64,000 nt of DNA from Dehalococcoidia bacterium (GCA_034421095.1 DAOUKR010000007.1:64712-128711), one strand, 5' to 3'; shown: positions 1-9,490, counted from the first letter of the stretch. A program made the numbers and translations. The notes: generated by a model not told the origin, from the sequence alone.

Positions 1-58
1 ATCCGCCAGGGCAGGACTTCTGGGGCACGAGGATGGCCATCGCTTTTTATGAGGTAGG

Positions 59-2344
59 TTATCGGCCCGGAGAGCCGCGGAAGTTAGACCGAGGTGGTGG
101 AGGCCTCCTGTTCTGACCAGGGCCAGACCTGGGGGGGCCACCTTGTCCACCACCGGGACGGCGGTCGCTGCGTTGTCCGGGGCCGCGGGAACCGAAAGCC
201 GGTGACCCGCCACCCTGGCGAGGTCTGTCCATCGGTCTGGGTGGCCTGCCCGGAGCATCCCCCGGGTTGCCGCCGCCGAAAAGAGCCTTACGGGAGAGGT
301 TGATTCTGCCCAAATGGTCTATTTCCTGCACCACAACCGTGATTTCCTGGCTTACCTCAGGCTCTTCATCCATCTCGCCCATCTCTTCCGTTCGTACCAG
401 CCCCTCCTTGCCGGGTAGTAGTTCCACGAATGCCCCGAAGTTTGTGAGCCGCATCACTTTGCCCGTGAAAATGTCCCCGACCTCAATGTCCCTGGTCAGT
501 CCGTCTATGCGGTCTTTGGCTCTCTGCAGCATGACGTCATCATGGGAGCCGATGGTCACGGTTCCGTTGTCTTCAATCTCTATCTCCACTCCCATCTCTT
601 CCTGCAAGGACCTGATATTTCGCCCTCCGGGGCCTATGATAGCGCCTATCTTGCTCACCGGTATCATCATTCGGACCATCTTGGGGGCGTAGGGGCTAAG
701 GCGAGACCGGGGAGTGGAGATTGCTTGCTGCATCTTGTCCAATATAAACAGGCGGCCCTCTTTGGCCTGTTCAAGGGCTTGCTCCAGCACTTCATAGGTT
801 AGTCCCTTGACCTTTATGTCCATTTGAAGGGCGTTAATTCCATCTACGGTGCCGGCCACCTTGAAGTCCATGTCACCCAGATGGTCTTCCATTCCTTCGA
901 TGTCGGTCAGAATGGCATGGCGGCCATTCTCCCCCATGATTAAGCCCATAGCTACTCCCGCTACGGGCCTTTTCAGGGGCACGCCGGCATCCATGAGGGC
1001 CAGCGTGCTGCCACATACGCTTGCCATCGAGGTACTGCCATTGGAGCTGAGCACCTCTGAGACCACCCGTATCGTGTAAGGGAACTCATCTTCGCTGGGT
1101 ACGGCCGCCTCCACTGCCCTCTCGGCCAGAGCGCCGTGTCCAACCTCCCGGCGGCCTGGCGAACCGACACGCTTGACCTCTCCGGTGGAGTAGGGCGTGA
1201 AGTTGTAATGATGCATGTAACGCTTCTTGTCATCGGGTCCGAGGGTGTCCAGGGTCTGTTTCATTGCCGTGGAAGCGAGGGTAGCAATGCTCAGGACCTG
1301 GGTCTGCCCACGGGTAAACAAGCCGGAGCCGTGGGTTCTTGGTAAGACTCCCACCTCGCAGCTTATGGGGCGTATGTCGGTCAACCCTCTTCCATCGGGT
1401 CTTATACCTTTGTCCAGGATGCGGGAGCGCATCTGATCCTTGAGGATGGACTCGAAGGTAGCAGCTATTTCGTCCCTCTGATACTGGTCCTCAAGCCTCT
1501 CAATGACTTCGTCGCCCAGCTGCCTTAGGGCGTGGTCTCGTTCGGACTTACTAGGCCCGGCCTCCAGGAGCTGGGACAGTCTACCGTTAAGGACGGTATT
1601 GACCTCCCCAACCATGTCCTGGTGGGAGTTTTCAGCCGGGAAGTTCATATCCGGCTTTCCAACTGCTGCGACCAATTCGTCAATCATATCTATGACTTGG
1701 CTGTTCGCGTCCTGAGCCTGGCGTATTGCAGTAAGTATCACACTCTCCGGTACTTCCGACGACCCCGCTTCCACCATCATCACGGCGTCTTTGGTGCCGG
1801 CTACCACGACACTCAGGTCTCCTTGCTCAATCTCATCATACGTGGGGTTTGCCGTGTAGATATTGTTGTGGTGGGAAATCCTAGTGGCGCCTATGGGGCC
1901 AAGAAAGGGGATTTCCGATATGGCGAGAGCGGCCGACGCCCCTATTATGCCCAGTGTCTCCGGGGGATTCTCTTTGTCCACGGAAAGGACGGTGATGATT
2001 ATCTGGGTATCGTTGTGGAACCCCTTGGGAAACAGGGGACGCAATGGCCTATCGGTGAGTCTACCGAAGAGAATGGCTTCTTGACCTGGGCGCCCCTCCC
2101 TTCGGAAGAAGCTGCCGGGTATCCTACCGGCCGCGTAGAGTCTCTCCTCGTAGTCTACCGTAAGGGGTAGAAAGTCTATGTCAGGGCGAGCCTGTGAAGA
2201 CACACACGCCGAAACCAGGACTATCGTATCGCCGCAACGTACTGTGACCGCGGCGTTGGCCTGAGCAGCGTATTTCCCGGTTTCTATGGTAATGTTCTTG
2301 GTACCTATTTCTCGTTCAACAGAGTATTGCATGGTGAAAGCCAA
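59..2344 (-). CDS. pnp: Polyribonucleotide nucleotidyltransferase (PNPase)
   Basis: 761 aa; FFRREGRP, RTHGSGLFTRGQTQ, SNGSTSMASVC and GDMDFKVAGT motifs; KH and S1 domains; directly downstream of rpsO. Confidence 0.98.
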   Translation of the reverse strand: MAFTMQYSVEREIGTKNITIETGKYAAQANAAVTVRCGDTIVLVSACVSSQARPDIDFLPLTVDYEERLYAAGRIPGSFFRREGRPGQEAILFGRLTDRPLRPLFPKGFHNDTQIIITVLSVDKENPPETLGIIGASAALAISEIPFLGPIGATRISHHNNIYTANPTYDEIEQGDLSVVVAGTKDAVMMVEAGSSEVPESVILTAIRQAQDANSQVIDMIDELVAAVGKPDMNFPAENSHQDMVGEVNTVLNGRLSQLLEAGPSKSERDHALRQLGDEVIERLEDQYQRDEIAATFESILKDQMRSRILDKGIRPDGRGLTDIRPISCEVGVLPRTHGSGLFTRGQTQVLSIATLASTAMKQTLDTLGPDDKKRYMHHYNFTPYSTGEVKRVGSPGRREVGHGALAERAVEAAVPSEDEFPYTIRVVSEVLSSNGSTSMASVCGSTLALMDAGVPLKRPVAGVAMGLIMGENGRHAILTDIEGMEDHLGDMDFKVAGTVDGINALQMDIKVKGLTYEVLEQALEQAKEGRLFILDKMQQAISTPRSRLSPYAPKMVRMMIPVSKIGAIIGPGGRNIRSLQEEMGVEIEIEDNGTVTIGSHDDVMLQRAKDRIDGLTRDIEVGDIFTGKVMRLTNFGAFVELLPGKEGLVRTEEMGEMDEEPEVSQEITVVVQEIDHLGRINLSRKALFGGGNPGDAPGRPPRPMDRPRQGGGSPAFGSRGPGQRSDRRPGGGQGGPPRSGPGQNRRPPPPRSNFRGSPGR

Positions 2345-2373
2345 AGACCTCTCAAAATACGGAGTAAAGTCTT

Positions 2374-2411
2374 AGAAAAACAAGATAGCCCCGACAGGTC
2401 GGGGCTATCTT
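2374..2411 (-). terminator. Intrinsic terminator-like hairpin between rpsO and pnp
   Basis: Perfect 13-bp inverted repeat AAGATAGCCCCGA/TCGGGGCTATCTT (2382-2411) with 4-nt loop, followed by GTTTTTCT on the minus strand. Confidence 0.75.
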
Positions 2412-2671
2412 CGCAAGCCTAGCCTGCTTATCAGGGCGCGGTATCTCGCTACGTCTTCCCGAGTTAAGTAGTCTAGGAGGCTTCTTCGCTGCCCCACTAG
2501 TTTCAGGAGGCCGATTCGTGAGTGAACATCCTTGTGGTGGTATCTCAGGTGCTCTGTCAGCCCTCTAATCCGTTCTGTTAAAAGGGCTACCTGGACCTCC
2601 GTGGACCCCGTGTCCCCGTCGTGTTGCTGGAAGTCACTTATAATGCGAGCTTTGGTGTCTTTATCTATCAT
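2405..2671 (-). CDS. rpsO: 30S ribosomal protein S15
   Basis: 88 aa; [43 protein letters not shown]. Confidence 0.98.
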   Translation of the reverse strand: MIDKDTKARIISDFQQHDGDTGSTEVQVALLTERIRGLTEHLRYHHKDVHSRIGLLKLVGQRRSLLDYLTREDVARYRALISRLGLRR

Positions 2672-2706
2672 GCCTCCCCGGCCTTTTCCTAATACCTTCA
2701 GGTGAG

Positions 2707-2735
2707 ATTATAACACACACCCAGACCACCTGCAA
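2707..2735 (-). promoter_or_regulatory. Sigma70-type promoter for rpsO
   Basis: Minus strand TTGCAG (2735-2730), 17 bp spacer, TATAAT (2712-2707). Confidence 0.55.
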
Positions 2736-2805
2736 TTGAGAAATATGGACTATAATAAACTCACCTTGAAGTAGGCTCCGATATTGATGAGGAGGCAAAT
2801 CTCCC

Positions 2806-3780
2806 ATGACCGAGCAGAAGGTTAATCAGGAGCAAAAACAGCCAGGGATCCAGGGGTCTCCAAAGTACCTTTGGCACTCCGGGTCGCTGGTGGAGTGGGA
2901 GAAGGCAACTATCCATATCTCTATGCTTGGCTGGACTGCTATTTCTTCCGTCTTCGAAGGTATTCGTGCCTATTGGAACCCTGACCATCAGGAGCTATAT
3001 ATTTTCCGGCTTGATGCTCATCTAAAGCGGCTTTTCCAGTCCATGAAACTCATGCGTATGACCTCTCCATACTCCAGTGAGGACCTGACCCGAGCCATAA
3101 CCGATTTGCTGAGGGCCAATGAATACCGATGCGACGTATACATTCAGCCCCTTGCCTACTTCGGAGGGGGCATTCCGGGTTATCTTGCGGTGCTCGAGCA
3201 GCCTGGTGAGCTGGTCATAACGGCGCGCCCGGCCCCCTCCAATTTGAGCACGTCCAAGATAGCTCATTGCAACGTCAGTAGCTGGACGCGCATTTCCGAT
3301 AACGTGATGCCGCCAAGAGCAAAGGCCATTACCAACTACCAGAACAGTCGTTACGTCTCCACCGAGTCCCAGATTAACGGGTATGACTTTGGCATTATAT
3401 TAAATGAGTCCGGCAAGGTGTCGGAGGCAAGCTACGCGTGTATCTACATTATTCGTGATGATGTGGCTATCACCCCTCCGGTGAGCGCCGGCATCCTGGA
3501 GAGCATTACACGGGAGGTAGTCAGGGAGCTACTGGAGCAGGATATGGGGGTGTCCGTGGTAGAGCGGGACGTGGACCGGACGGAGCTATACGTCGCTGAC
3601 GAGGCCTTTATCTGCGGCACCGCAGTGGAGTTGCAAGCTATTGGAAGCGTAGACAGGTACAAAGTGGGCACTGGAGAGATGGGAAAGGTCGTTTCAAGGT
3701 TGGCAGGACTGTTTGACAACGTGGTCCGAGGTTCCGACCCCCGATATGCCGAATGGTGTACACCGGTGTATAGACACTGA
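2806..3780 (+). CDS. PLP-dependent class IV aminotransferase (branched-chain amino acid aminotransferase-like)
   Basis: VFEGIRAY, HLKRL, AKAITNY (PLP lysine), ILESITR, EAFICGTA; some IlvE specificity motifs diverge, so ilvE symbol withheld. Confidence 0.85.
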   Translation: MTEQKVNQEQKQPGIQGSPKYLWHSGSLVEWEKATIHISMLGWTAISSVFEGIRAYWNPDHQELYIFRLDAHLKRLFQSMKLMRMTSPYSSEDLTRAITDLLRANEYRCDVYIQPLAYFGGGIPGYLAVLEQPGELVITARPAPSNLSTSKIAHCNVSSWTRISDNVMPPRAKAITNYQNSRYVSTESQINGYDFGIILNESGKVSEASYACIYIIRDDVAITPPVSAGILESITREVVRELLEQDMGVSVVERDVDRTELYVADEAFICGTAVELQAIGSVDRYKVGTGEMGKVVSRLAGLFDNVVRGSDPRYAEWCTPVYRH

Positions 3781-3856
3781 GACCCTCAGAAACAGACTAC
3801 GTCCCGGCTCAGGTTAGAAGCCTAGGGCCGTTAGTAGACTTCTACCGCAGCAGTTC

Positions 3857-4984
3857 TCACCCTCCGGCAGTAAGTGCCTGCTCCAAATCTGATGTAAGAT
3901 CGTCCGCATTTTCCAACCCTACGGAAACCCTCAGCAGGTCGTCGGGAGTGCCGCTCTCCGGTCCCTCAATTGATGCTCGGTGCTCTATGAGGCTTTCGTA
4001 GCTACCCAAACTAGTGGCCCTGACAAAGAGCGAGGTGCCGGCGGCAACCCTGAATGCCGCTTCTCTTCCTCCTTGTACCCTGAAAGAGAGCATACCGCCA
4101 AACAGGTCCATTTGCCGGCGAGCGACGTCATGGCCGGGATGACCCTTCAACCCTGGATAGTAGACCTCCAGGACTTTGGGATGACCGTTAAGGAATGTAG
4201 CAACCTTGTCAGCGTTTTCCGAGTGGGCCCGCATACGGTAAGGCAGAGTACGGATACCCCTGAGAACCAGCCAGCAATCAAAGGGAGACGGGACTGCTCC
4301 GCCTTGCTGCTGGATCCTGCTAATCTCTTCGAATAGTCCGTCCTGTCGGGCAGACACTACCATCCCTCCGGTTACGTCCCCGTGGCCTCCCAGGTACTTG
4401 GTGGTTGAATGGACTACCAAGTCGGCCCCAAGGTCGATGCACCTCTGGAGCGCCGGACTGGCCCAGGTATTGTCGCAAAGACAGGTAATTCCCCGCTGGC
4501 GGGCGACCTCTGCCATCGCTGCAACGTCAGTGATCTTCAGCAAAGGGTTCGAGGGAGTCTCAATTATCAAGAGCCTTGTGGAGGGAATAATTGCTTGCCG
4601 GACCGCATCAATGTCCGTCATGTCCACGAATGAGGTGTCCAGATTCCACCGGGCCATCACCTCTCTGAGTAGACGAGCGGTACCGTGATAGATGTCCCGA
4701 GGAGCGATGACATGGTCTCCGGGGGATAGGGACTGGAAGACGCTCATGATGGCGGCCATCCCAGAACCGAATGCTGCTGCGGCAGCTCCTCCCTCAAGGT
4801 CTCGGACACATTCTTCCAAGAGTTTTCGCGAAGGGTTGCCGGAGCGCCCGTACACAAACCCATGTGGGTACGACCCGTCTGCCTCGCGCTCAAAAGTGGT
4901 GGACATGTGTATCGGTGGAGCGATAGCGCCTGTAGTGGGATCGACAGAGCGCCCGCTGTGAACGGCGATAGTCTCGATATTCAT
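3857..4984 (-). CDS. Cystathionine gamma-synthase/beta-lyase family (Cys/Met metabolism PLP enzyme)
   Basis: YGRSGNP, FGSGMAAI, IETPSNP, DNTWASP, HSTTKYLGGHGD, LRVSVGLE. Confidence 0.92.
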   Translation of the reverse strand: MNIETIAVHSGRSVDPTTGAIAPPIHMSTTFEREADGSYPHGFVYGRSGNPSRKLLEECVRDLEGGAAAAAFGSGMAAIMSVFQSLSPGDHVIAPRDIYHGTARLLREVMARWNLDTSFVDMTDIDAVRQAIIPSTRLLIIETPSNPLLKITDVAAMAEVARQRGITCLCDNTWASPALQRCIDLGADLVVHSTTKYLGGHGDVTGGMVVSARQDGLFEEISRIQQQGGAVPSPFDCWLVLRGIRTLPYRMRAHSENADKVATFLNGHPKVLEVYYPGLKGHPGHDVARRQMDLFGGMLSFRVQGGREAAFRVAAGTSLFVRATSLGSYESLIEHRASIEGPESGTPDDLLRVSVGLENADDLTSDLEQALTAGG

Positions 4985-5070
4985 TGGTCGCCCCCTAATA
5001 ACGTCTGATGCAAATTAGCCCTTTGTCCATCGTCCTTTGTTGCGAGCCACCTGGGAGAACAGGAAAGATT

Positions 5071-5108
5071 AAGAGCCTGCCTCCGCACTTGATACGGGGC
5101 AGGCTCTT
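5071..5108. repeat. REP-like palindrome
   Basis: AAGAGCCTGCC(5071-5081)...GGCAGGCTCTT(5098-5108) enclosing CCGCACTTGATACGG; core recurs at about 7561 and 52096. Confidence 0.7.
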
Positions 5109-5230
5109 CGATGGAACGATGATCCGGTTATCGCACCCGCCCTGGCCTTGCCACATTATTCTGTCCAGGGCGGTGAGCGTAAACGTTCGGGTGAATTGGA
5201 AAAGTCAATGGCTGCTACGTACGCCAGACT

Positions 5231-6223
5231 CTAGTTGGGAGTCCACAGCAGCGCCCGTATCTCGCCAAACTCCTTGTCCAGTTTTTGCCACGAGTCGCCG
5301 GCATCTTCACTAACATATACGTAGCCGTTTGTGCTGTTTGCCACTACTCTATTAGGGTTCGACGGATGAGTGGCAATCCAGTATATATTTGAGTTGGACT
5401 TTACCGGCAGCGTCAGGGCTTCCCAGGTCTTTCCCCCGTCCCTTGAGCGCTGGACGGTCCCCGTATTTCCGGGTATCGAGTCTCCGTTGCCGACGAAGAC
5501 TGTGTTCGGATCGTCGGGCTTGATGGCGGCGGCTCGGCAATAGGAGAACCGGTCATCTTCGTGGAATTTGGGGAACTCGTGATAGTCCCAGCTTTCGCCC
5601 TCGTCGGTAGTGGAGAATACTCCTGTAGGGCCCGGCGCGTAAATCCGGGTCTGTTGGCCTATCGCAATCTTGATGTCGTGAATGTCGGTGTGAATCGGCT
5701 CCCAGCCAGGGTCGGGCATCTGTAGCCAGCTGTCGCCTCCGTCGAGGCTTTTGTATACACCGCCCCACTCGAATCCGGCCCAAACGGTATTGTGGTCCCG
5801 GGGGTCAACTACTATGGCGGTCGCCTTTGGTGCGAAGCCTCCCAACTCCGGAGCGATGTCGATGGCCATCTTTTCCCAGGTCTTGCCCTTGTCCCTGCTG
5901 CGGAAGACGCCCGGAGGGCTAATCCCGCCGAAAAGGGTATTGGGGTCGCCGGGGTGAAACGCCACTGACCACATTCTGAATCCGTCCATGGGTGAGTCCA
6001 GTTTCTCCCAGGTCTCTGCGTTGTCTTCGCTGAGATAGATGCCGACGTCTGAGCCGGCCAGAATACGGTGAGGGTTGCTCGGGTCACAGGCCAACGACCT
6101 GACCTGGTTTTCACCCGGACTGGGGAAAGGCCATCCGACTTTTCGCCAGCTTTCCCCGCCATCGGGGCTGTGCCAGACTCCCCCACCAATGGTGCCAAGA
6201 CAAATAGTGAAGTCATTTGCCAT
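5231..6223 (-). CDS. BNR/Asp-box repeat beta-propeller protein (WD40/YVTN-like), function unknown
   Basis: Repeated S-x-D-x-G-x-(S/T)-W boxes (SPDGGESW, SEDNAETW, SRDKGKTW, SLDGGDSW, STDEGESW, SRDGGKTW, SEDAGDSW); no signal peptide. Confidence 0.85.
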   Translation of the reverse strand: MANDFTICLGTIGGGVWHSPDGGESWRKVGWPFPSPGENQVRSLACDPSNPHRILAGSDVGIYLSEDNAETWEKLDSPMDGFRMWSVAFHPGDPNTLFGGISPPGVFRSRDKGKTWEKMAIDIAPELGGFAPKATAIVVDPRDHNTVWAGFEWGGVYKSLDGGDSWLQMPDPGWEPIHTDIHDIKIAIGQQTRIYAPGPTGVFSTTDEGESWDYHEFPKFHEDDRFSYCRAAAIKPDDPNTVFVGNGDSIPGNTGTVQRSRDGGKTWEALTLPVKSNSNIYWIATHPSNPNRVVANSTNGYVYVSEDAGDSWQKLDKEFGEIRALLWTPN

Positions 6224-6385
6224 GGTTATCTCCTCCTATCTTTGGCATTTCATACCATTACATAATATGGTATGGCACTATAATAGCCCAAGTTTTGGGG
6301 AAATGCTACTCTTGTACGTCCATTGTGTTATAATCCCCCGTGAAAGTTGCTTCAAGAGGACGAGACTAGAGGGAGAAGAACTGAC

Positions 6386-7471
6386 ATGAAGATCGCTGTA
6401 TTGGGTGCTGGTGCCATGGGTGGCATCGTTGCCATCGGGCTTCACCGAGGCGGCAACGACGTGGTGATTATTGACCCCTGGAAGGCCCACGCAGAGGCCA
6501 TTCGTACCACAGGCTTTCAGATGACCGGGTACTACGGCGGTCAACCGGTGGAATGGCGTGGCGTGATGCCAGCGATACACATAGATGAGCTTGACCAACT
6601 TGAAGATAAGCTAGACGTGGTGTTCGTGTCTGTGAAGGGATACAACACCCGTTGGTGTGTGGAGCGCATCAGACCCTATCTCGCCGATAATGCCATGGTG
6701 GTATCCGTTCAGAACGGTATTAACGAGCCGACAATCGCAGAGGTCGTCGGGCCGGAACGGACCATCGGGTGTGAAACGTTGATGGGGGGCCAGACCTGGG
6801 AGCCAGGGCATATACATCGCACCCAGGGCGGAAACCCGGCGGCGATGGACTACATGATTGGCGAATACACCGGCGGGGTAACTCCCAGGGTCGAACGACT
6901 GGCCGAAATCATGGCCGCTAGCGTGGGCACCTGCGGGGTTTCCGACAGCGTCATGGACGAGGTTTGGACCAAATTCGTGGTGAACTGCGGCGGTAACTTG
7001 CTTGCGGCCGTCACGTCCTGGGACAGCCGGGAGTTGGGGCTTAATCGCACGGCACGTGTAAGGTTCAATCTACAGGACGAGGCCATCACCGTGGGCGAGC
7101 AGCTGGGTATAAAGTTCGGTAATTTCGCCGGCAGCGTAGGTGTCATCCTGACCCCGGAGGATATAAAGCAGGCGGCCCGTGGAGAGCGCCCGGAACTTGA
7201 GGAGCAGGTGTATGAGCAGGCCAAGAACTCCGTCGTAGTGACTCGCCCATCCACGCTGCACGATGCTCTGAGAGGTACGCCAATGGAAGTTGAGCAGCTC
7301 AACGGATACGCCGTGCAGCAAGCCGACAACCTGGAGGTGCCAGTTCCCTATAACCGGGCGCTGGTGCGAGTAGCCAGGCTGGTCAACGACCACACCATCC
7401 GACCATACCCGTCCAACCTGGCCCTGTTCCACGAGTATATTCAGGAAGAGTTGGCAGCAATTAACCGGTAA
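6386..7471 (+). CDS. Ketopantoate reductase family protein (PanE/ApbA-like)
   Basis: KIAVLGAGAMG Rossmann motif, VSVKGY, SVQNGI, WTKFVVNC, STLHDALRG, EVEQLNG; ATG 6386 after GGAG. Confidence 0.85.
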   Translation: MKIAVLGAGAMGGIVAIGLHRGGNDVVIIDPWKAHAEAIRTTGFQMTGYYGGQPVEWRGVMPAIHIDELDQLEDKLDVVFVSVKGYNTRWCVERIRPYLADNAMVVSVQNGINEPTIAEVVGPERTIGCETLMGGQTWEPGHIHRTQGGNPAAMDYMIGEYTGGVTPRVERLAEIMAASVGTCGVSDSVMDEVWTKFVVNCGGNLLAAVTSWDSRELGLNRTARVRFNLQDEAITVGEQLGIKFGNFAGSVGVILTPEDIKQAARGERPELEEQVYEQAKNSVVVTRPSTLHDALRGTPMEVEQLNGYAVQQADNLEVPVPYNRALVRVARLVNDHTIRPYPSNLALFHEYIQEELAAINR

Positions 7472-7513
7472 GACAGGTTTCTCTGACTCCCTGGAACGCT
7501 CCGAAAAACGCAA

Positions 7514-7600
7514 TTCCGGCGTAGGCCGGAATCCGGGAATTTTGGGAGTCTGAATACTGGCCCCGTATCAAGCATGGGGCGGTCTCATCGCCAGTATGGC
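7514..7600. repeat. Composite REP-like element with nested palindrome
   Basis: TTCCGGCGTAGGCCGGAA hairpin (7514-7531), then ATACTGG...CCAGTAT arms enclosing CCCCGTATCAAGCATGGGG; lies between convergent genes. Confidence 0.65.
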
Positions 7601-7664
7601 AGGTTGCCGTTTCCAATTTGTTCAGAGTTCTCCTTGATTTATGTACCGGGCAACTCTGGCGGGA

Positions 7665-7979
7665 CTACTTGCTCCAGCCCGAGTCCGGCGGGAATACGGT
7701 GTTACAGACCCGCCTGATAGGCTCAGCGGCGTGCCAGTCTTTGACGGTTTCCCTCCATTTTAGATAATGTGGCGCCTCACGATGGGCTGCAATCGCCGCG
7801 TCGTCCCGGTACACCTCATATAGATGAATCCGGTTGGAGTCTTCCGTGTCCTCCACCACATCGAACCTCAGACACCCCGGCTCGTTCTGTACCGAGCCTC
7901 TGGCATCGTCCAGCATCGCCTCCATGAAGGCATCCTTGAACTCGGGTTTAATCTGAATAGTGACAACTAGAGCTTTCAC
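7665..7979 (-). CDS. Antibiotic biosynthesis monooxygenase (ABM)/LsrG-like protein
   Basis: NEPGCLRFDV, LYEVYRDDAAIAAHREAPHY; GTG start 7979 after GAGGAGG. Confidence 0.85.
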   Translation of the reverse strand: MKALVVTIQIKPEFKDAFMEAMLDDARGSVQNEPGCLRFDVVEDTEDSNRIHLYEVYRDDAAIAAHREAPHYLKWRETVKDWHAAEPIRRVCNTVFPPDSGWSK

Positions 7980-8129
7980 GTCGCCTCCTCTTGCAGTGAG
8001 AACTTGAGCACAGTTATCCCTTGTATGTGCGGGCTGATTATACACCGATGATGCACCTTTGACGAGGGGCTATTTCGTACGTTGTGATAGATGGTCATAC
8101 CTTGCTTTATCCTGTAGGTAGTACTGAGC

Positions 8130-8957
8130 CTATCGTTGATACAGTCCCACACGCCGCAGGGTATAAGCGTCGGACGCCATAATTTCGGGTATTCGTGGCG
8201 AGAGACTGTGGAAATCATCGTTCACGGCATCCAACAAACGACCACTCAACGTTCCTGAGGCGTCGCTTGCCAGAAACACCGCCAATTCTACCGCCCGCTC
8301 CATGGATGCACCCTGGCCACTTGTCACGCGCACCCCGGTTTCGTATAGCTCGGTGTCCCCTATATTTGCGGCTGCATCCCGGGTCTCTTCCCACATCCTG
8401 GTGTGAATAGAGCCGGGGCTCATGGCGTTGACCCGTACGTTCGTCCTCTTCAACTCTTCCGCAAGGGTCTCTGTGAGACTGACCAGCCCCGCCTTGGATA
8501 CGCTGTATGCCGACATGTTGCGTCCCCCCACACCCGACATATTGACAATCTTGCCGCTGTTCCGGGATAGCATTGTTGGAAGCACCGCCCGGCAGCAGAG
8601 GTAAACGCCAAAGACGTTTACCTGAATTGTGTTGACCCAGCGGGACGTGTCGGTATCCTGGATCGCTGCCACAGGTCCAATGACTCCCGCATTGGCTACC
8701 AGAATGTCTATAGTGGAATACTGGTCCAGGGTTTGCCTTACAATGTCGTCTACCTGTGCAGGGTCGGTCACGTCCGCAGTGATTATGCAGGTCATAGCGC
8801 CCAATGATTCAGCCTGCCGGGCTGTCTCCTCCAGCTCGTTCTGACTGCGGGCTGATAGCGCTAGTCGTGCTCCCTCTCTCGCGTAACCCAGCGCGATGGC
8901 CCGTCCGATCCCCCGGCCAGCTCCGGTTATCAGTGCCACACGGTCCTTTAGCTGCAT
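8130..8957 (-). CDS. Short-chain dehydrogenase/reductase (SDR)
   Basis: TGAGRGIG, ANAG, YSVSK catalytic YxxxK, NAMSPG. Confidence 0.93.
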   Translation of the reverse strand: MQLKDRVALITGAGRGIGRAIALGYAREGARLALSARSQNELEETARQAESLGAMTCIITADVTDPAQVDDIVRQTLDQYSTIDILVANAGVIGPVAAIQDTDTSRWVNTIQVNVFGVYLCCRAVLPTMLSRNSGKIVNMSGVGGRNMSAYSVSKAGLVSLTETLAEELKRTNVRVNAMSPGSIHTRMWEETRDAAANIGDTELYETGVRVTSGQGASMERAVELAVFLASDASGTLSGRLLDAVNDDFHSLSPRIPEIMASDAYTLRRVGLYQR

Positions 8958-9128
8958 CGCATAAGCTCTCCCGTTCCAGAGTTCTGGTCCTAGCCGCTAC
9001 CTTAGGGTTCCTTTACATTATACGCATTATATATATCGATAATAATGGCGTACATATCCCCCGAAGAAGTCATTAACTATGTCCTGCATTTCAGGAAACC
9101 TTTGGAAATGGTTTTGAAGAAAAACCTA

Positions 9129-9157
9129 TTGACAACCCACCGGTAATCTGATATGTT
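9129..9157 (+). promoter_or_regulatory. Sigma70-type promoter upstream of the ABC operon leader
   Basis: TTGACA (9129-9134), 17 bp spacer, TATGTT (9152-9157). Confidence 0.65.
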
Positions 9158-9164
9158 ATCTGAC

Positions 9165-9392
9165 ACCCCAAGTAACCCAGTTCCAATGGCCATACCGACG
9201 GCAAAGCTGTCGCCGGCGTCGTCAGCCCTAGCGCTGCGAGGAGTCTAAAGGAGGCCATAGCTTTAGGAGATGAACCTGAACGGTGCTAAGATACCTCGAC
9301 ACAACAGTCGGGGGGAGGCAGCCAGGAGGTTGAGACCCGGGAGCTATAGCCTTTAATAAGGCGGTGGCCAGCGGAGCAAAGCTACTTGGGGT
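9165..9392 (+). ncRNA. Candidate structured 5' leader/cis-regulatory RNA, unclassified
   Basis: Perfect 10-bp closing helix 9165-9174/9383-9392 with several nested helices; starts at the predicted TSS; about 325 nt from TSS to start codon. Confidence 0.45.
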
Positions 9393-9490
9393 TTAGGTTT
9401 GCCCCAGGGGTTGCGGTGAGGTGCGCTATCCCAAGTGGTCCACAAGAGGAAGTGGATACACCCAAGAGAAAGGACTGTGGAGGTACAAAC

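Noticed and set aside
9165-9400. Assignment of the leader to T-box, cobalamin, fluoride, lysine, Mn (yybP), ykkC, TPP or SRP RNA
   Set aside because: Only short partial resemblances (e.g. GGAGATG...GCTAAGATACCT, GCAGCCAGG, CCCGGGAG); required core motifs such as UGGNACC, CUGAGA, CAGG-GNRA-AGCAG and the fluoride P1 are missing or out of order
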